Below are positions 25,954 through 38,599 of a DNA stretch of 64,000 nucleotides, piece by piece. Under the pieces are notes generated by a model. It was not told the DNA's origin. It did no database searches and saw nothing but the letters and a program-made list of their open reading frames with translations. Source of the DNA: Octopus vulgaris (taxonomy: Eukaryota). A program made the position numbers and the translations under genes. Location: contig OX597827.1 in NCBI GenBank assembly GCA_951406725.2, positions 74,834,001-74,898,000 on the forward strand. Reading direction: 5' to 3'. Position 1 is the first letter of the stretch. Every line of letters begins with the position of its first letter.

Positions 25954-28900
25954 CAATTATTTTTGTCCTAGGTATCAGCCCATACTCAGATATATGAAAA
26001 TATTTAGATAACTCCCCAGTTGCCTGCTTGGCCTCCTCTTTCGGTGTCTCCTCGGATATTTCTTCAGATATCTCTTTACATTCAGGAATCTGTACCTCCC
26101 TACGTTTCTGGAAAAACTTAGATATCCTATTAAACCCAGGTAGCTTCATTTTCCAAGTTTTTGGTTGTTTTTCAGGAGTTCGTATTCTCTCAAATATCTG
26201 TTTATCTTCCGGAATCTGGATTGCTATTGATTTCTGCGATCTCTCAGGTACTTGATAATAATCAGTGTGTATTTTACCAGTTTTTGGTGTTTTTGCATGA
26301 ATTTGTGTTTTATCGGATACCTGTTTATCTTCAGAAATCTGTATTCTTTCAGATATCGGCGTTCTCTCAGTCTTTTGTGTTTTCCCAGGTACCTGGAAAT
26401 GCTCAGATATCCTTTTGCTTTCAAGTGACTCTATTCTACTAATTTTTGGTGTTTTTTCAGGAAAATGTATTTTCGCAGCTTTTTCTTTTTTATCAGCTAT
26501 CTGTGGTTCCTCAGAAATCTTTTCCTTTCTGTATATCTCTTTACTCTCATATTTCTGTTTTATGTCGGGTATCGCTTTACTAAAAGGTCTCGCTTTGCTT
26601 TCAGGTATTCGTTCTTTTTCAGGCCAGTCTTTAATATCAGCTCTCTGGGGTTTTCCCCATTCCTCCTTACCCTCGGGTCTCCATGCCGTTTCAGGCCTCT
26701 CTTTACTCTCAGCTTTCCATGCTTTTTCCCGTTCTTCTTTACTCTCGGGTCTCCGTGCCATTTCAGGCCTCCCTTTACTCTCAGCTTTCCGTGCTTTTAA
26801 CCATTCCTCTTTACTCTCGGGTATCCGTGCCATTTCAGGCCTCCCTTTACTCTCAGCTTTCCATGCTTTTTCCCGTTCCTCTTTGCCCTCGGGTCTCCGT
26901 GCCTTTTCAGTCCTCCCTTTACTCTCAGCTTTCCATGCTTTTAACCATTCCTCTTTACTCTCGGGTGTCCGTGCCTTTTCAGTCCTCCCTTTACTCTCAG
27001 CTTTCCATGCTTTTAACCATTCCTCTTTGCCCTCGGGTCTCCGTGCCGTTTCAGTCCTCCCTTTACTCTCAGCTTTCCATGCTTTTAACCATTCCTCTTT
27101 ACTCTCAGGTATCCGTGCCTTTTCAGTCCTCCCTTTACTCTCAGCTTTCCATGCTTTTAACCATTCCTCTTTACCCTCGGGTCTCCATGCCGTTTCAGGC
27201 CTCTCTTTACTCTCAGCTTTCCATGCTTTTTCCCGTTCTTCTTTACTCACGGGTATCCGTGCCATTTCAGTCCTCCCTTTGCTCTCAGCTTTCCATGCTT
27301 TTTCCCGTTCCTCTTTGCCCTCGGGTCTCCGTGCCGTTTCAGGCCTCCCTTTACTCTCAGCTTTCCATGCTTTTAACCATTCCTCTTTACTCTCGGGTCT
27401 CCGTGCCGTTTCAGTCCTCCCTTTACTCTCAGCTTTCCATGCTTTTAACCATTCCTTTTTGCCCTCGGGTCTTCGTGCCGTTTCAGTCCTCCCTTTACTC
27501 TCAGCTTTCCATGCTTTTTCCCGTTCCTCTTTGCCCTCGGGTCTCCGTGCCGTTTCAGGCCTCCCTTTACTCTCAGCTTTCCATGCTTTTTCACGTTCTT
27601 CTTTACTCTCGGGTCTCTGTGCCGTTTCGGGTCTCTCCTTACTTTCAGGCTTCCGTGTGGTTTCAGGTCTCTCTTTACTCTCGGGTTTCCGTGCAGTTTC
27701 AGGTCTTTCTTTAGTCTCGGGTCTCCGTGCCGTTTCGGGTCTCTCCTTACTTTCAGGCTTCCAAGCGGTTTCAGGTCTCTCTTTACTCTCGGGTCTCCGT
27801 GCCGTTTCGGGTCTCTCCTTACTTTCAGGTCTCCGTGCCGTTTCAGGTCTCTCTTTACTCTCAGGTTTTCGGGCTTTTTCCCATTCCTCTTTAATCTCGG
27901 GTCCCCGTGCGATTTCAGGCCTCCCTTTACTCTCAGGTTTTCGGGCTTTTTCCCGTTCCTCTTTGCTCTCGGGTTTTCGTATCGCTTCGGGTCTCTCTTT
28001 ACTCTCAGGTTTCCGTGCTGTTTCAGGCCTCTCTTTACTCTCGGGTTTTCGGGCTTTTTCACGTTCCTCTTTACCCTCAGGTTTCCGTGCCGTTTCGAGT
28101 CTCTCTTTACCCTCGGGTTTCTGGGTTGTTTCAGGCCTCCCTTTACTCTCAGGTTTTCCTGCTTTCTCGCGTTCCTCTCTACTCTCAGGCTTCCGTACTT
28201 TTTCACGTTCCTCTTTACTTTCAGGTTTCCGTGCTGTTTCAGGCCTCTCTTTACTCTCAGGTTTTCCTGCTTTCTCGCGTTCCTCTCTACTCTCAGGCTT
28301 CCGTACTTTTTCACGTTCCTCTTTACTTTCAGGTTTCCGCACCGTTTCAGGCCTCTCTTTACTCACAGGTTTCCGTGCTTTTTCACGTTCCACTTTACTT
28401 TCAGGTTTCCGCGCCGTTTCAGGCCTCTCTTTACTCTCAGGTTTCCGTACTTTTTCACGATCCTTTTTACTCTCGGGTTTTCGTGCTTTGTCTGTACTCT
28501 CTTTGCTTTCAGGTTTCCGTTCTTTTTCATTTTTTTCTTTACTCTCAGGTTTCCGTGCTTTATCAGGTTTTTGTTGATCCTCAACTTTAGGCTTTTTTTT
28601 GGGTTTCTCTTTGCTCTCAGGCTTCTTTGTTTCCTTTGGCTTTTCTTTACTCTCAGGTTTTGGGGCTTTTTTGGTTTTCTGTGTTTTATCATCTTTTTTT
28701 AGTTTTACTTGGCTTTTCTTTAGCCCTATCAGTTTTCTCTTTTTCTATTTTTTCAGATTTCTGTTTAGCCTTATCAGTTTTCTCTTTTTCTATTTTTTCA
28801 GGTTTCTGTTTAGCCTTATCAGTTTTCTCTTTTTCTATTTTTTCAGGTTTCTGTTTAGCCTTATCAGTTTTCTCTTTTTCTATTTTTTCAGGTTTCTGTT

Positions 28901-29756
28901 TAGCCGTTATCAATTTTCTCTTTTTCTATCTTTTCAGGTTTCTGTTTAGCCTTATCAGTTTTCTCTTTTTCTTTCTTTTCAGGTTTCTGTTTAGCCTTAT
29001 CAGTTTTCTCTTTTTCTTTCTTTTTCAGGTTTCTGTTTAGCCTTATCAATTTCTCTTTTTCTTTTTTTTCAGGTTTCTGTTTAGCCTTATCAGTTTTCTC
29101 TTTTTCTTTTTTTCAGGTTTCTGTTTAGCCTTATCAGTTTTCTCTTTTTCTTTTTTTTCAGGTTTCTGTTTAGCCGTATCAATTTTCTCTTTTTCTATTT
29201 TTTCAGGTTTCTGTTTAGCCTTATCAATTTCTCTTTTTCTTTCTTTTCAGGTTTCTGTTTAGCCTTATCAGTTTTCTCTTTTTCTTTTTTTTCAGGTTTC
29301 TGTTTAGCCTTATCAGTTTTCTCTTTTTCTTTTTTTTCAGGTTTCTGTTTAGCTTTATCAGTTTTCTCTTTTTCTTTTTTTTCGGGTTTCTGTTTAGCCT
29401 TATCAGTTTTCTCTTTTTCTTTTTTTTCGGGTTTCTGTTTAGCCTTATCAGATTTCTCTTTTTCTTTTTTTTCAGGTTTCTGTTTAGCCTTATCAGTTTT
29501 CTCTTTTTCTCTTTTTTCAGGTTTCTGTTTAGCCTTATCAATTTTCTCTTTTTCTTTTTTTTCAGGTTTCTGTTTAGCCTTATCAATTTTCGCTTTTTCT
29601 TTTTTTTCAGGCTTCTCTTTAGTCTTCTCAGGTTTCGGTTTTTTTTCGCGTTTTTCTTTACTCTTCTCAGCTTTGGTTTTTTTTTCAGGCTTCTCTTTAA
29701 ACTTTTGGGGGTTCTTTTCTTTCTCAGCCTTTCGTTTCTTGGAAACCATTGATATA
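25954..29756 (-). CDS. Giant 3,803-nt cytoplasmic exon of the receptor PTP, encoding about 1,267 aa of K/E/R/P-rich tandem repeats (six apparent 1-nt indels, net zero)
   Basis: The acceptor ttttttctttcgtag|T ATA TCA ATG GTT TCC AAG is in frame with the TM exon (phase 2). The donor is ATA ATT G|gtaagat (phase 1). ORFs 29195..29749 and 25682..28393 lie in the same frame (starts 1356 nt apart). Confidence 0.85.
26650..28570 (-). repeat. Coding minisatellite, about 50 x 36 bp ([12 protein letters not shown] / [12 protein letters not shown] / [12 protein letters not shown]), partly a 72-bp higher-order dimer
   Basis: 12-aa periodicity is visible in ORF 25682..28393, with alternating A/B units at about 26680-27600. 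Confidence 0.95.
28715..29600 (-). repeat. Coding minisatellite, about 20 x 45 bp ([15 protein letters not shown])
   Basis: The ttagcc anchor recurs at 45-bp spacing from 28722 to 29576 (20 copies); five units are 44 or 46 bp. Confidence 0.95.
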
Positions 29757-29879
29757 CTACGAAAGAAAAAAGTTTTTTTCGAGATATTACGTTGCTTTCA
29801 GGTTCTCAGTGATATGTGTGTGTGGTGGGGTACATGTACATGTAAGAGTGCATGCAACATGTATTATTATGTACACGCA

Positions 29880-29919
29880 TGATATATATAGGTATATATA
29901 TATGTGTGTGTGTGTGCCT

Positions 29920-29953
<34 letters not shown>

Positions 29954-30232
29954 GTAAATCTATACATGTTCAGAATGTGTGTATGTGTGTAAGATATCGA
30001 TTGTCTGCTACTATACAAGGACACAACTTGCAAGTCTGTTCATTATTTTACAACATATTTACATTTATGGAGATTATATATATATATATATATATATATA
30101 TGCATATATATATATATATATATATGCACATATATATATACATACACTTACATATATATATACACACATATGCATTTATACATACACATACATATATATA
30201 TGTATGTGTATGTATATATATATATGCATATG

Positions 30233-30284
<52 letters not shown>

Positions 30285-30552
30285 ATATCCATAAATGTAA
30301 ATATGTTGTAAAATAAGAAACAGACTTCATACCTGAATGTATTGTGGCAAGTCAAATACCAGACTACGATATATATATATATACTCAAAATAAGCAACAA
30401 GAATGTCTTCGGTAATCACCCCATAGATTTATATGGATAACACCGTACAAAATTCCGGTGCATCTGACTTAAGTACCATATTCATTTGAATCTAAATTTT
30501 GCTGAACTTACATATATATGTGTGTGTGTGTGTGTGTGTGTATGTACGTATG

Positions 30553-30620
<68 letters not shown>
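29880..30620. repeat. Compound (TA)n/(CA)n microsatellite block just upstream of the giant exon
   Basis: Seen directly in the sequence. Confidence 0.9.
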
Positions 30621-30626
<6 letters not shown>

Positions 30627-31038
30627 GTAAATATCGAACTATGAGAATGAGTGCTTAATACGGCATAAAGATTATATATATATATTCTTTATCTGTGCTT
30701 TAAGGCTACCATTGATTTCCTGTTAAGAAAATCTTAAATATTCAACCCGATCATACAGAAAAATTGGTGTTCGTCTCCATTTAGTATTAAAGCTAGAAAA
30801 GTCACGGGAAGTCTCGCAAGCATTTTCGGTAAACAAAAACATCAAGGCGATGACTCTTGGGGAACAACTCATGGGTGATTATCACCCTCGGATTTGACTT
30901 TTGAGTAAAAAAAAATGAAGTATCAATCTTTTTGCACGCACGAATTTGTATTTATATTTTACACTTAAAAGCTTCTATTTACTTGTAAATATAGATAGAT
31001 AGATAGATTGATAGATTATAATTATTGTTGTTGTTGTT

Positions 31039-31098
<60 letters not shown>

Positions 31099-31550
31099 GA
31101 GTGAGAGAGTAGTGCATGCCATCAAAGTGACACTGGGGTAAAATATACGAAGCCCAGTATACCCATCATGACTACTCGTCTCATAAGGGTACACTAAGCA
31201 CATGTATCATAGCCATATGTGCGCAACATGGTGATCTCATATCAAGATAAACAGCGCATGACTTTACAGGTGGGGCCCAGTTAGAATTTTCTTCTGGTCG
31301 AGTAACCCATCCCACACAAAAGATCCCTGAATAAGGGTTGTTTAAGGATATTGAACAAAACACCCATTTTCCGGAGGAGAATTATTCAAACCCCAAAGAA
31401 TCCCACTCAACATGTGGCTATGATGCTTCCCCACTACTTCTGCTCGTGATCAGAGATGCACATATCGTCAGTCACTAAGGGACATGCTCAACTGGTTACG
31501 GTCAAACTAACAAGCAAATCTGTGGTATTGAGCAGAATATTTGCTGTAGC
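31099..31550 (-). repeat. ~530-bp element, copy B (truncated at the junction with an L1/Tx1 fragment)
   Basis: Sequence match to copies A, C and D; preceded by a long (TTA)n tract. Confidence 0.85.
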
Positions 31551-32388
31551 GATCGCTAGTAGTTTCACTCTAGCGTTCTATAGAGGCTTATTGGATGAAA
31601 AGTGCGACGACATTCTCGGGGAAACTCTAAGTGTCGATGATGATCAGCTAAGCAGTCTATTTCGGAGAACTTTCAGGCCAGGGCTCATGGATAACTTCCA
31701 GAATTCCCCCGCCTGGCAGTGCTACCGAGGGGCGCTGCTTGTTTGGGATAAACTTTACAGGCACGGAAGTGCCATCAGCCAGGCTTTCCCGAGGTGAGCT
31801 TAGAGCGATGAAACCGTTCTGCACACACTCGTCAGTGCCCGAGCATTACTGACCTGTGGGTTTATGTCGAACAGCTGCTGTTGCATGTAGGACGAATCCA
31901 ACTGTCTACTGAATCCAAAGTGAAGATTGCCTCACCGGCCTCCTTTAACCGCGCGGGGAAGGCAATTTTCATTTGTCTGATGGCTGTAGCGAAAGAAATA
32001 GTATGGTGAGCCCGTTTGAAAAGGCTATTCAGACACTTTCCTCTTTAGCCAAGGCCTCATCAACGTTTTTAAGTTCCACTTGTAAAGGAAGATGAGAGTA
32101 GAGAGGGAAGTGTTGACTTCTAGCAAATTTATTGAAAGGAGAGTGAATGTCGGAAAAATGGCCAGCATGGAAGGACCAATTCTGAGAGTACACCTGTAAT
32201 AAGAGGTATAAAAGGGAGAAAGGACTCTTGCTCTGTTGACCAGACACCCGTGGCTTTTATGGGTTTTTCCACGAGTAACCTTCAAAGCACCTCCCCCTAT
32301 TGGGAGTTTTTACTTGCTATATTGTTATTTTCGTTATCAAATGTTTACACTGGTCTTTTTTTTGCAAAACCTTTTGTTTATCGTCTTT

Positions 32389-32390
<2 letters not shown>
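31551..32390 (+). mobile_element. L1/Tx1-like ORF2 3' end (zf-RVT region)
   Basis: WQCYRGALLVWDKLYRHG...DETVLH; homologous to 50470-50900. Confidence 0.7.
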
Positions 32391-32459
<69 letters not shown>

Positions 32460-33004
32460 GAGTGAGAGAGCAGTGCATGCCATCAGAGTGACACTGGGGT
32501 AAAATATACGAAGCCCAGTATACCCATCGTGACTACCCGTCTGATAAGGGTACACCAGGCACATGCATCACAACCATATGTGTGCGATATGGTGATCTCA
32601 TATCAAGATAAACAGCACATGACTTTACAGGTGGGGCCCAGTTAGAATTTTCTTCTGGTCGAGTAACCCATCCCACTCAAAAGGTCCTTCAATAAGGGTT
32701 ATTTAAGGATATTAAATGAAACCAGAGGTGAATTATTTAAACCCCAAACAATCCCTCTCAACACATGACTATAATGCTCCCCCACTACTTCTGCTCGTGA
32801 TCAGAGATGCACATATCGTCAGCCACTAAGGGACATGCTCAACTGGTTAAGGTCAAACAACTGACAAGCAAATTTGTGGTATTGAGCAGAATATTTGCTG
32901 TAGCCCATCTTTTATACCAAGACAAAACAATGTACATGATAACACTTAACAATCAGTTAAGATCAGAAGCCATGAGAGCCACTGCCTGGTACTGCACTAG
33001 GGCA

Positions 33005-33005
<1 letters not shown>
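32460..33005 (-). repeat. ~530-bp element, copy C (full length)
   Basis: Flanked by (TTA)n on both sides. Confidence 0.88.
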
Positions 33006-33035
<30 letters not shown>

Positions 33036-33048
33036 CATCATCATCATT

Positions 33049-33545
33049 CAGTGAGAGGACAAGGCATGCCATCAAAGTGACACTGAGTACAAATATACGA
33101 AACCTAATATACCCACCATGATTACTCATCTGATAAGGGTACACCAGGCACATGCATCACAACTATATGTGCGCAACATGGTGATCTCATATCAAGATAA
33201 ATAGCGCATGACCTTACAGGTGGGGCCCAGTTAGAATTTTCTTCAGATCGAGTCGCCATCTCGCTCAAGAGAATAAGTTTTTTTTTTTTTAAGGAAAATG
33301 AACAAAACACCCATGTTTCCAGAGGTGAATTACTCAAACCCCAAAGAATTCCTTTCGACACATGGCTATGATGCTCCCCAACTACTTCTGCTCATGATCA
33401 GAGATGCACATATCGTCAGCTTCCAAGGGACATGCTCAACTGGCTGACAAGTAGATCTCTGGTATTGAGCAGAATATTTACTGTAGCCCATCTTTTATAC
33501 AAAGACAAATCAATGTACATGATAACACTTTCAATCAGGTAAGCT
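33049..33545 (-). repeat. ~530-bp element, copy D (tandem to copy C)
   Basis: Head-to-tail with copy C, separated by (TTA)n/(TCA)n. Confidence 0.85.
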
Positions 33546-33559
33546 CAAAAATCTAAAAA

Positions 33560-34030
33560 TGATTATACTATAAAAATAATTCTGATGAACCAAATACGGT
33601 TTGATTTATTGCTCCATATGCAATACAAATTAAAAATAATATAATAAAATCCATATATTAGCCTATTTATTAGCATTTCAACATCGATAACAAACATAGT
33701 GAAATTACCAATTATAAACTTGTCCGAATTAGTTTTAGTCTAACCCATAACTTGTTCACAATCATATCATCTATTAATAACAGAAAATTAAATAAATTCT
33801 ACACTAACAGAAATATCCAAGACAATAAATCATCGCAACTAAAACATCCCACACTTATACAATAATACTAAAAGCCATAGATTCTATAACGACAGAAGGG
33901 AAATAACTTATACCCTCTCCCTTACTGCTAATTCTTCTAATAAATATGCACATAAAGATGGAAATGAAAATTGTGACTGCAAAGTTAGAACTAATTGTAA
34001 ATTAATGCAGTGAAATATGTGTTCTCTAAT
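33560..34030 (+). mobile_element. Decayed Penelope-like linker fragment
   Basis: KLVRISFSLTHNLFTIISSINNRKL and NCDCKVRTNCKL resemble the PLE KVSYSC..N...II..HN.K and CNC...CPL motifs. Confidence 0.4.
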
Positions 34031-35053
34031 TTTAATTTTAAAATATATAATTATATTGTAGGATAATGTAATTAGAAAAATATAATATTATTAACAAATT
34101 GAAATAAATATGTGCCCTTTTATTGGAAGAATTTTCAGAACCTTTTGGAGTCATCAATTCCGCTATTATAATTCTCTGCCTCCCATGTATTTACACATAA
34201 CTAAATCATATTGATTACAACACTTATATTACACATTATCGTTGGCTTCATGACCTTAAATTAATAGGTATAATTTAACATATTCTTACAAATTATTTAA
34301 TTATCATTAACCATATATATTAATTAATAATCATTAACCTGTATAACAAATTGAAATTAATATGTGCCCATTCATATGATGTTTTTTTTTTCTGAACCCA
34401 TTGGAGCTATTATTTCCAATAACGTAATTCTCTTCTTCCCATATATTTACACGTAACTAAATGATATCAACTATACAACTTACAATACAACATATCGTTG
34501 CTTTTATTACCTTACATCAGCAACTATAATTTAACATATTCATTAAACCAATTTGCAAGCTATTAATCGCATATGAGTGTATGATTATACGCAAAATATA
34601 TGTACTTATGTGAAAGTATGTGTATATCTGTACATTTATGTACACAAATATGTATATAGGTACGTATGTATGTATACATGAATGTATATGTATGCATATC
34701 TATATGTATGTATATATACGTGTGTATGTATGTATATCTGTGTATATATATATATGTGTATGTGTATGCATATGTATATATGTATATATATATATATATA
34801 TATACCTATATATGTGCGTATCTGTATAGCTATATATGTATGTATACACGTGCTATTATAACTGCTAGTCTTATGACCACATAGCTCCACACATTCCCAT
34901 ATTTTGAATAAGCGTTATGACTAGATACATTTCTCTCTAGAGACGCTATTGCGTATGTACACTATTTTAAAATTTCTTCAACCAATTGGAACTGATTGAT
35001 TAATACTGGGTTTGTATGTTAATTTTTTATATATGTAAGTGAGTATGAATATA

Positions 35054-36289
35054 CAGGGTGCATATGGTATTTGAGGTCATACCTTTTTGGGGTCATTGCT
35101 GTATTTTTTTTTTTGCTAACTCTGTATAATCTTTGTTTCAGAAAATAATAATAGCAGACCCTCAGATTACTCAACAAATGAAGAGGCAGGCTGTTATTGT
35201 GGTTATAAAGGCTGGGCATTACGATTTAGAAATATCTCGATTTTTAAAAGTTGCCAGATCTTTCGTCTACAAAGTTTGTAAGGAGCTAGAGACTGAAGAT
35301 GGAAATGTATCACCAGTGTCAAAGCATGAAAGGCACTCTAAAAGCATTCTAAAGGCATCCTAAAGCAAGTTCAACACACTATTGATTACAGTCCCAGAAT
35401 GTCCATGAGGTCAATTGCAAAAGATCTCCATGTGTCAGAATGAAGAGTCAGAAATGTTGTCCACGGAAACATCGGATATAAGTTTAATATGATGAGAGAA
35501 CATCAATTTGTCAGAAAAAGCAAAAGAAAATCACCTATATCAGATCTAAAAGGCTCTTAAACTAGATTTGATTTTGTTTTTCTCAATCGAGAAAAACTTT
35601 GAACAAGATCAAAACGTTAACAGAAGAAATGACAGATGGTTATGTGCAGACCCTTCTGAAGTTCCAAGTGCTATGCATACAAAATTTCTTGCAACTGTCA
35701 TGGGTTTAGGGGTTGACCGCAATGAAGGATATTTGATGCCTCATTACTTCTTTCCACAAGGCCTTAGAATTAACTCTGCCGCTTACACTGAGGTCCTGGA
35801 AATAATTGTTAAGCCCTGTATTGACAGTGTATGCAATGAAAGGTCATATGTGTTTCAGTAAGACTCTGCACTATCACACATGGCTCTAGTAACACAGGAA
35901 TGAATAGCTGAAAATTTTCATGATCACATAACGCCTAACATTTGGCCTCCTAATTCCCCAGATCTCAATCCATTGGACTATTACATGCGGAGCTTTGTTG
36001 AGACAGAAGTCAATGAACACGCCCACAACACCAAAGATTCTTTGAATGCTACTATAGTCAGAGTATTGTCCAAAATGAACCAGGACCACTTGATTTGAGC
36101 ATGTAAATGATTTAGATCTCATATAGAAACAGTAGTTGAAGCTGAAGGTAGCTTTATTGAATAACATTATAGAAAAGAAGGTTTATTTTTATCCTCAAAG
36201 CATTTTTTGATAAATAAAGTTATTATCCGTTATTATATATCTGCTTTTTTATAAACATAAATCTGTCCTCAAATATCTTATGCACCCTG
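35054..36289 (+). mobile_element. Complete but decayed Tc1/mariner transposon of the DD37D (maT) type
   Basis: TA TSDs at 35052-53 and 36290-91. TIRs CAGGGTGCATATGGTATTTGAGG and CAGGGTGCATAAGATATTTGAGG. The transposase remnant reads FQ*DSA...WPPNSPDLNPLDY with 37 codons between the 2nd and 3rd Asp. Internal stops. Confidence 0.92.
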
Positions 36290-36487
36290 TATATGTATTT
36301 ACATATTCTTTTATATATCTCATAAATGGATATTCTTGTCCTTCCTTTTATTTACTTACTTTACACATATTTTATTTATTTTAAATTATCTTCATTTTAT
36401 TATATTTCCATTTTTTACTTTATTTACTTTTTCTTTTGTATTCCATCTTATTCTTTACTTTACCACTCATTATATTCTAATTAATCC

Positions 36488-36491
<4 letters not shown>

Positions 36492-36530
<39 letters not shown>

Positions 36531-38058
36531 GTTAAGAGTAGCAACATAACACTAGATAAAGTCAATGAAATAAGAGAATTAGACCAAAACCAAACTTACA
36601 AATATTTAGGAATCCATGAACTGGGTAAGACACAACACACACAAATGAAAGAGAAAATAAAGAAAGAATACTATAGACGAGTTAGATCAATACTAAAAAC
36701 AGAGCTCAATGCTAAAAACAAGATAATAGGTATTAACACTTTAGCCGTCCCAGTTATAAGCTATAGCTACAATATCCTTTACTGGACGATAAATGAACTA
36801 ACCAAAATAGATAGGAAAACAAGAAAAATAATGACAGGATCTAGGATGCATCACCCAAAATCTGACATAGAAAGGCTATATATACAATGTATAGAAGGTG
36901 TTAGAGGCCTTATAAAGCTGGAAAACTACTATAAAATAACCACCATTTGACGGCAAAAATACCTACTTCAGAAGCAAGTAAAACTGATACAAATAGCGGC
37001 AAAACACGAGCAAAACAAAAAATTGTTCTCAGTATTTAAGGAAGCTGACAAATACAAACAAGAAATCATACCACCTAACAAATAAGAAGAAGAAGAAAAA
37101 CACAACAAAAGCTATAAAGCAAATGAAATCAAAACTAAAACTAGAACAGCAACGAACCAAGATAAAACGATGGCAAGAAAAGCCCCTTCATGGAAAGTAC
37201 TGGACTAAACTAAATGCAAAAGAAATAGACAAAGAAATATCCCAGCAGTGGTTGAGAAGCTCAGGACTCAAAGCAGAGACAGAGAGATTTTTAATTGCAG
37301 CACAAGACCAAAGCCTCCCCACCAGAAATTACCAAAAACATGTAATGAAAAGAAATATAACAAGTAACTGCAGAATATGTGGAGATGGACAAGAAACAAT
37401 AAATCATATTATCTCTGGCTGCCTAGTCCTGGCTAAGAAGGGATATATTCACAGACACGACAGAGTTGGGACCTACAAACACTGGAAGCTATACCAACAT
37501 TATGGAATAACAGAAAAAAGATGGTATAGGCACACACCAGAAAAGGTCACAGAAAACGAGAAAGCAACCATACTCTGGGATATGCCAATACACACAGACA
37601 GAGAAATTAAAGCCAACAGACCAGATATAGTTGTCAGAGATCATGAAGAAAAAAAATGCTTTCTAATTGTTGTATCAATTCCAGCAGATGACAACGTGTC
37701 TCTAAAAGAAATAGAGAAACTTTCAAAATACAAAGACCTGGAAATGGAGGTGACTAGAATGTGGAATCTAAAAACAGAAGCAATTCCTATCATAGTGGGT
37801 GCATTGGGCATGATAAAAAAATATTCAGACAAATACATGACAAAAACACCAAGACTTACAAACACATATAACATACAGAAAATTGCACTACTAGGCACTG
37901 CACACATCCTACACAGAACACTTTCCATACAGTAACAATTAGAGCATCACAACAAATCACAGCACATACCCAAGGCACACAGAGCTGCGCTCGGAAGTGA
38001 AGTGAAAGCACGTTATAAAAATAAAACTACTGAATGATAATAATAATAATAATAATAA
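36492..38058 (+). mobile_element. 5'-truncated R4/Dong-like (RLE) LINE within (TAA)n; same family as 13437-16031
   Basis: ORFs 36336..36950 and 37123..37935 contain YKYLGI, CRICGDGQETINHIISGC, NRPDIVV and PIIVGALG. (TAA)n on both sides. Confidence 0.93.
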
Positions 38059-38599
38059 CTCCTAATATTTAGTTTGCTTGCATTAATGGATAGGTCAGCA
38101 TGTAATATCTTAATGTATATTGTTTTCTCTGATGGAATTATGCTCATAACAAATGCAAATTTAAAGCATAAGTTTTTAATTTACCTATTGGGCACTAATG
38201 GAAACGGCTGTTGGAAGTAAAGATTACCAATTTTTTTAATAATAAATAAACATTAACTTTTAATTTTCCATTTTCTTTCCTTCAGTTAATGAACATGAAT
38301 TATATGCTTAATACATACCTATTTATTTAAGGAAATTTCATTTCCCAAAAATACTACGTATAGAACCAGTCTTTCCTTAGATGCAACAAAACATCCCTTT
38401 GTGAGTTTAACATATTCTCCATGCAAATTAATATATATATATACATATACATATAATATGTATATGTGTGTATAACTTTTCCCTTTTTACTTGTTTCCAC
38501 CATGGGCTGTGACCATGTTGGGGTAATGCCATTTTATTTACTAAACCCTCCCTCCGTGTTTTGTTCAAGTGAATGAGTTGGACAACACTGTCTTTATAT

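Noticed and set aside
26415-28577. 720-aa plus-strand ORF (S/L/F/G/R repeats) and other overlapping ORFs
   Set aside because: Antisense or shifted-frame shadows of the stop-free 36-bp coding repeat. Only the minus frame connects to splice sites and neighbouring exons.
28715-29600. Regularly spaced repeats resembling a CRISPR array
   Set aside because: Contiguous tandem units with no unique spacers, in a eukaryotic coding context.
29749-30330. Numerous YIYI/CVCV/NNNN ORFs here and across the window
   Set aside because: Translations of microsatellites.
34090-34540. ~250-bp degenerate tandem duplication (also a ~105-bp direct repeat at 44638/45317)
   Set aside because: Ordinary local duplications within repeat debris, with no functional signal.
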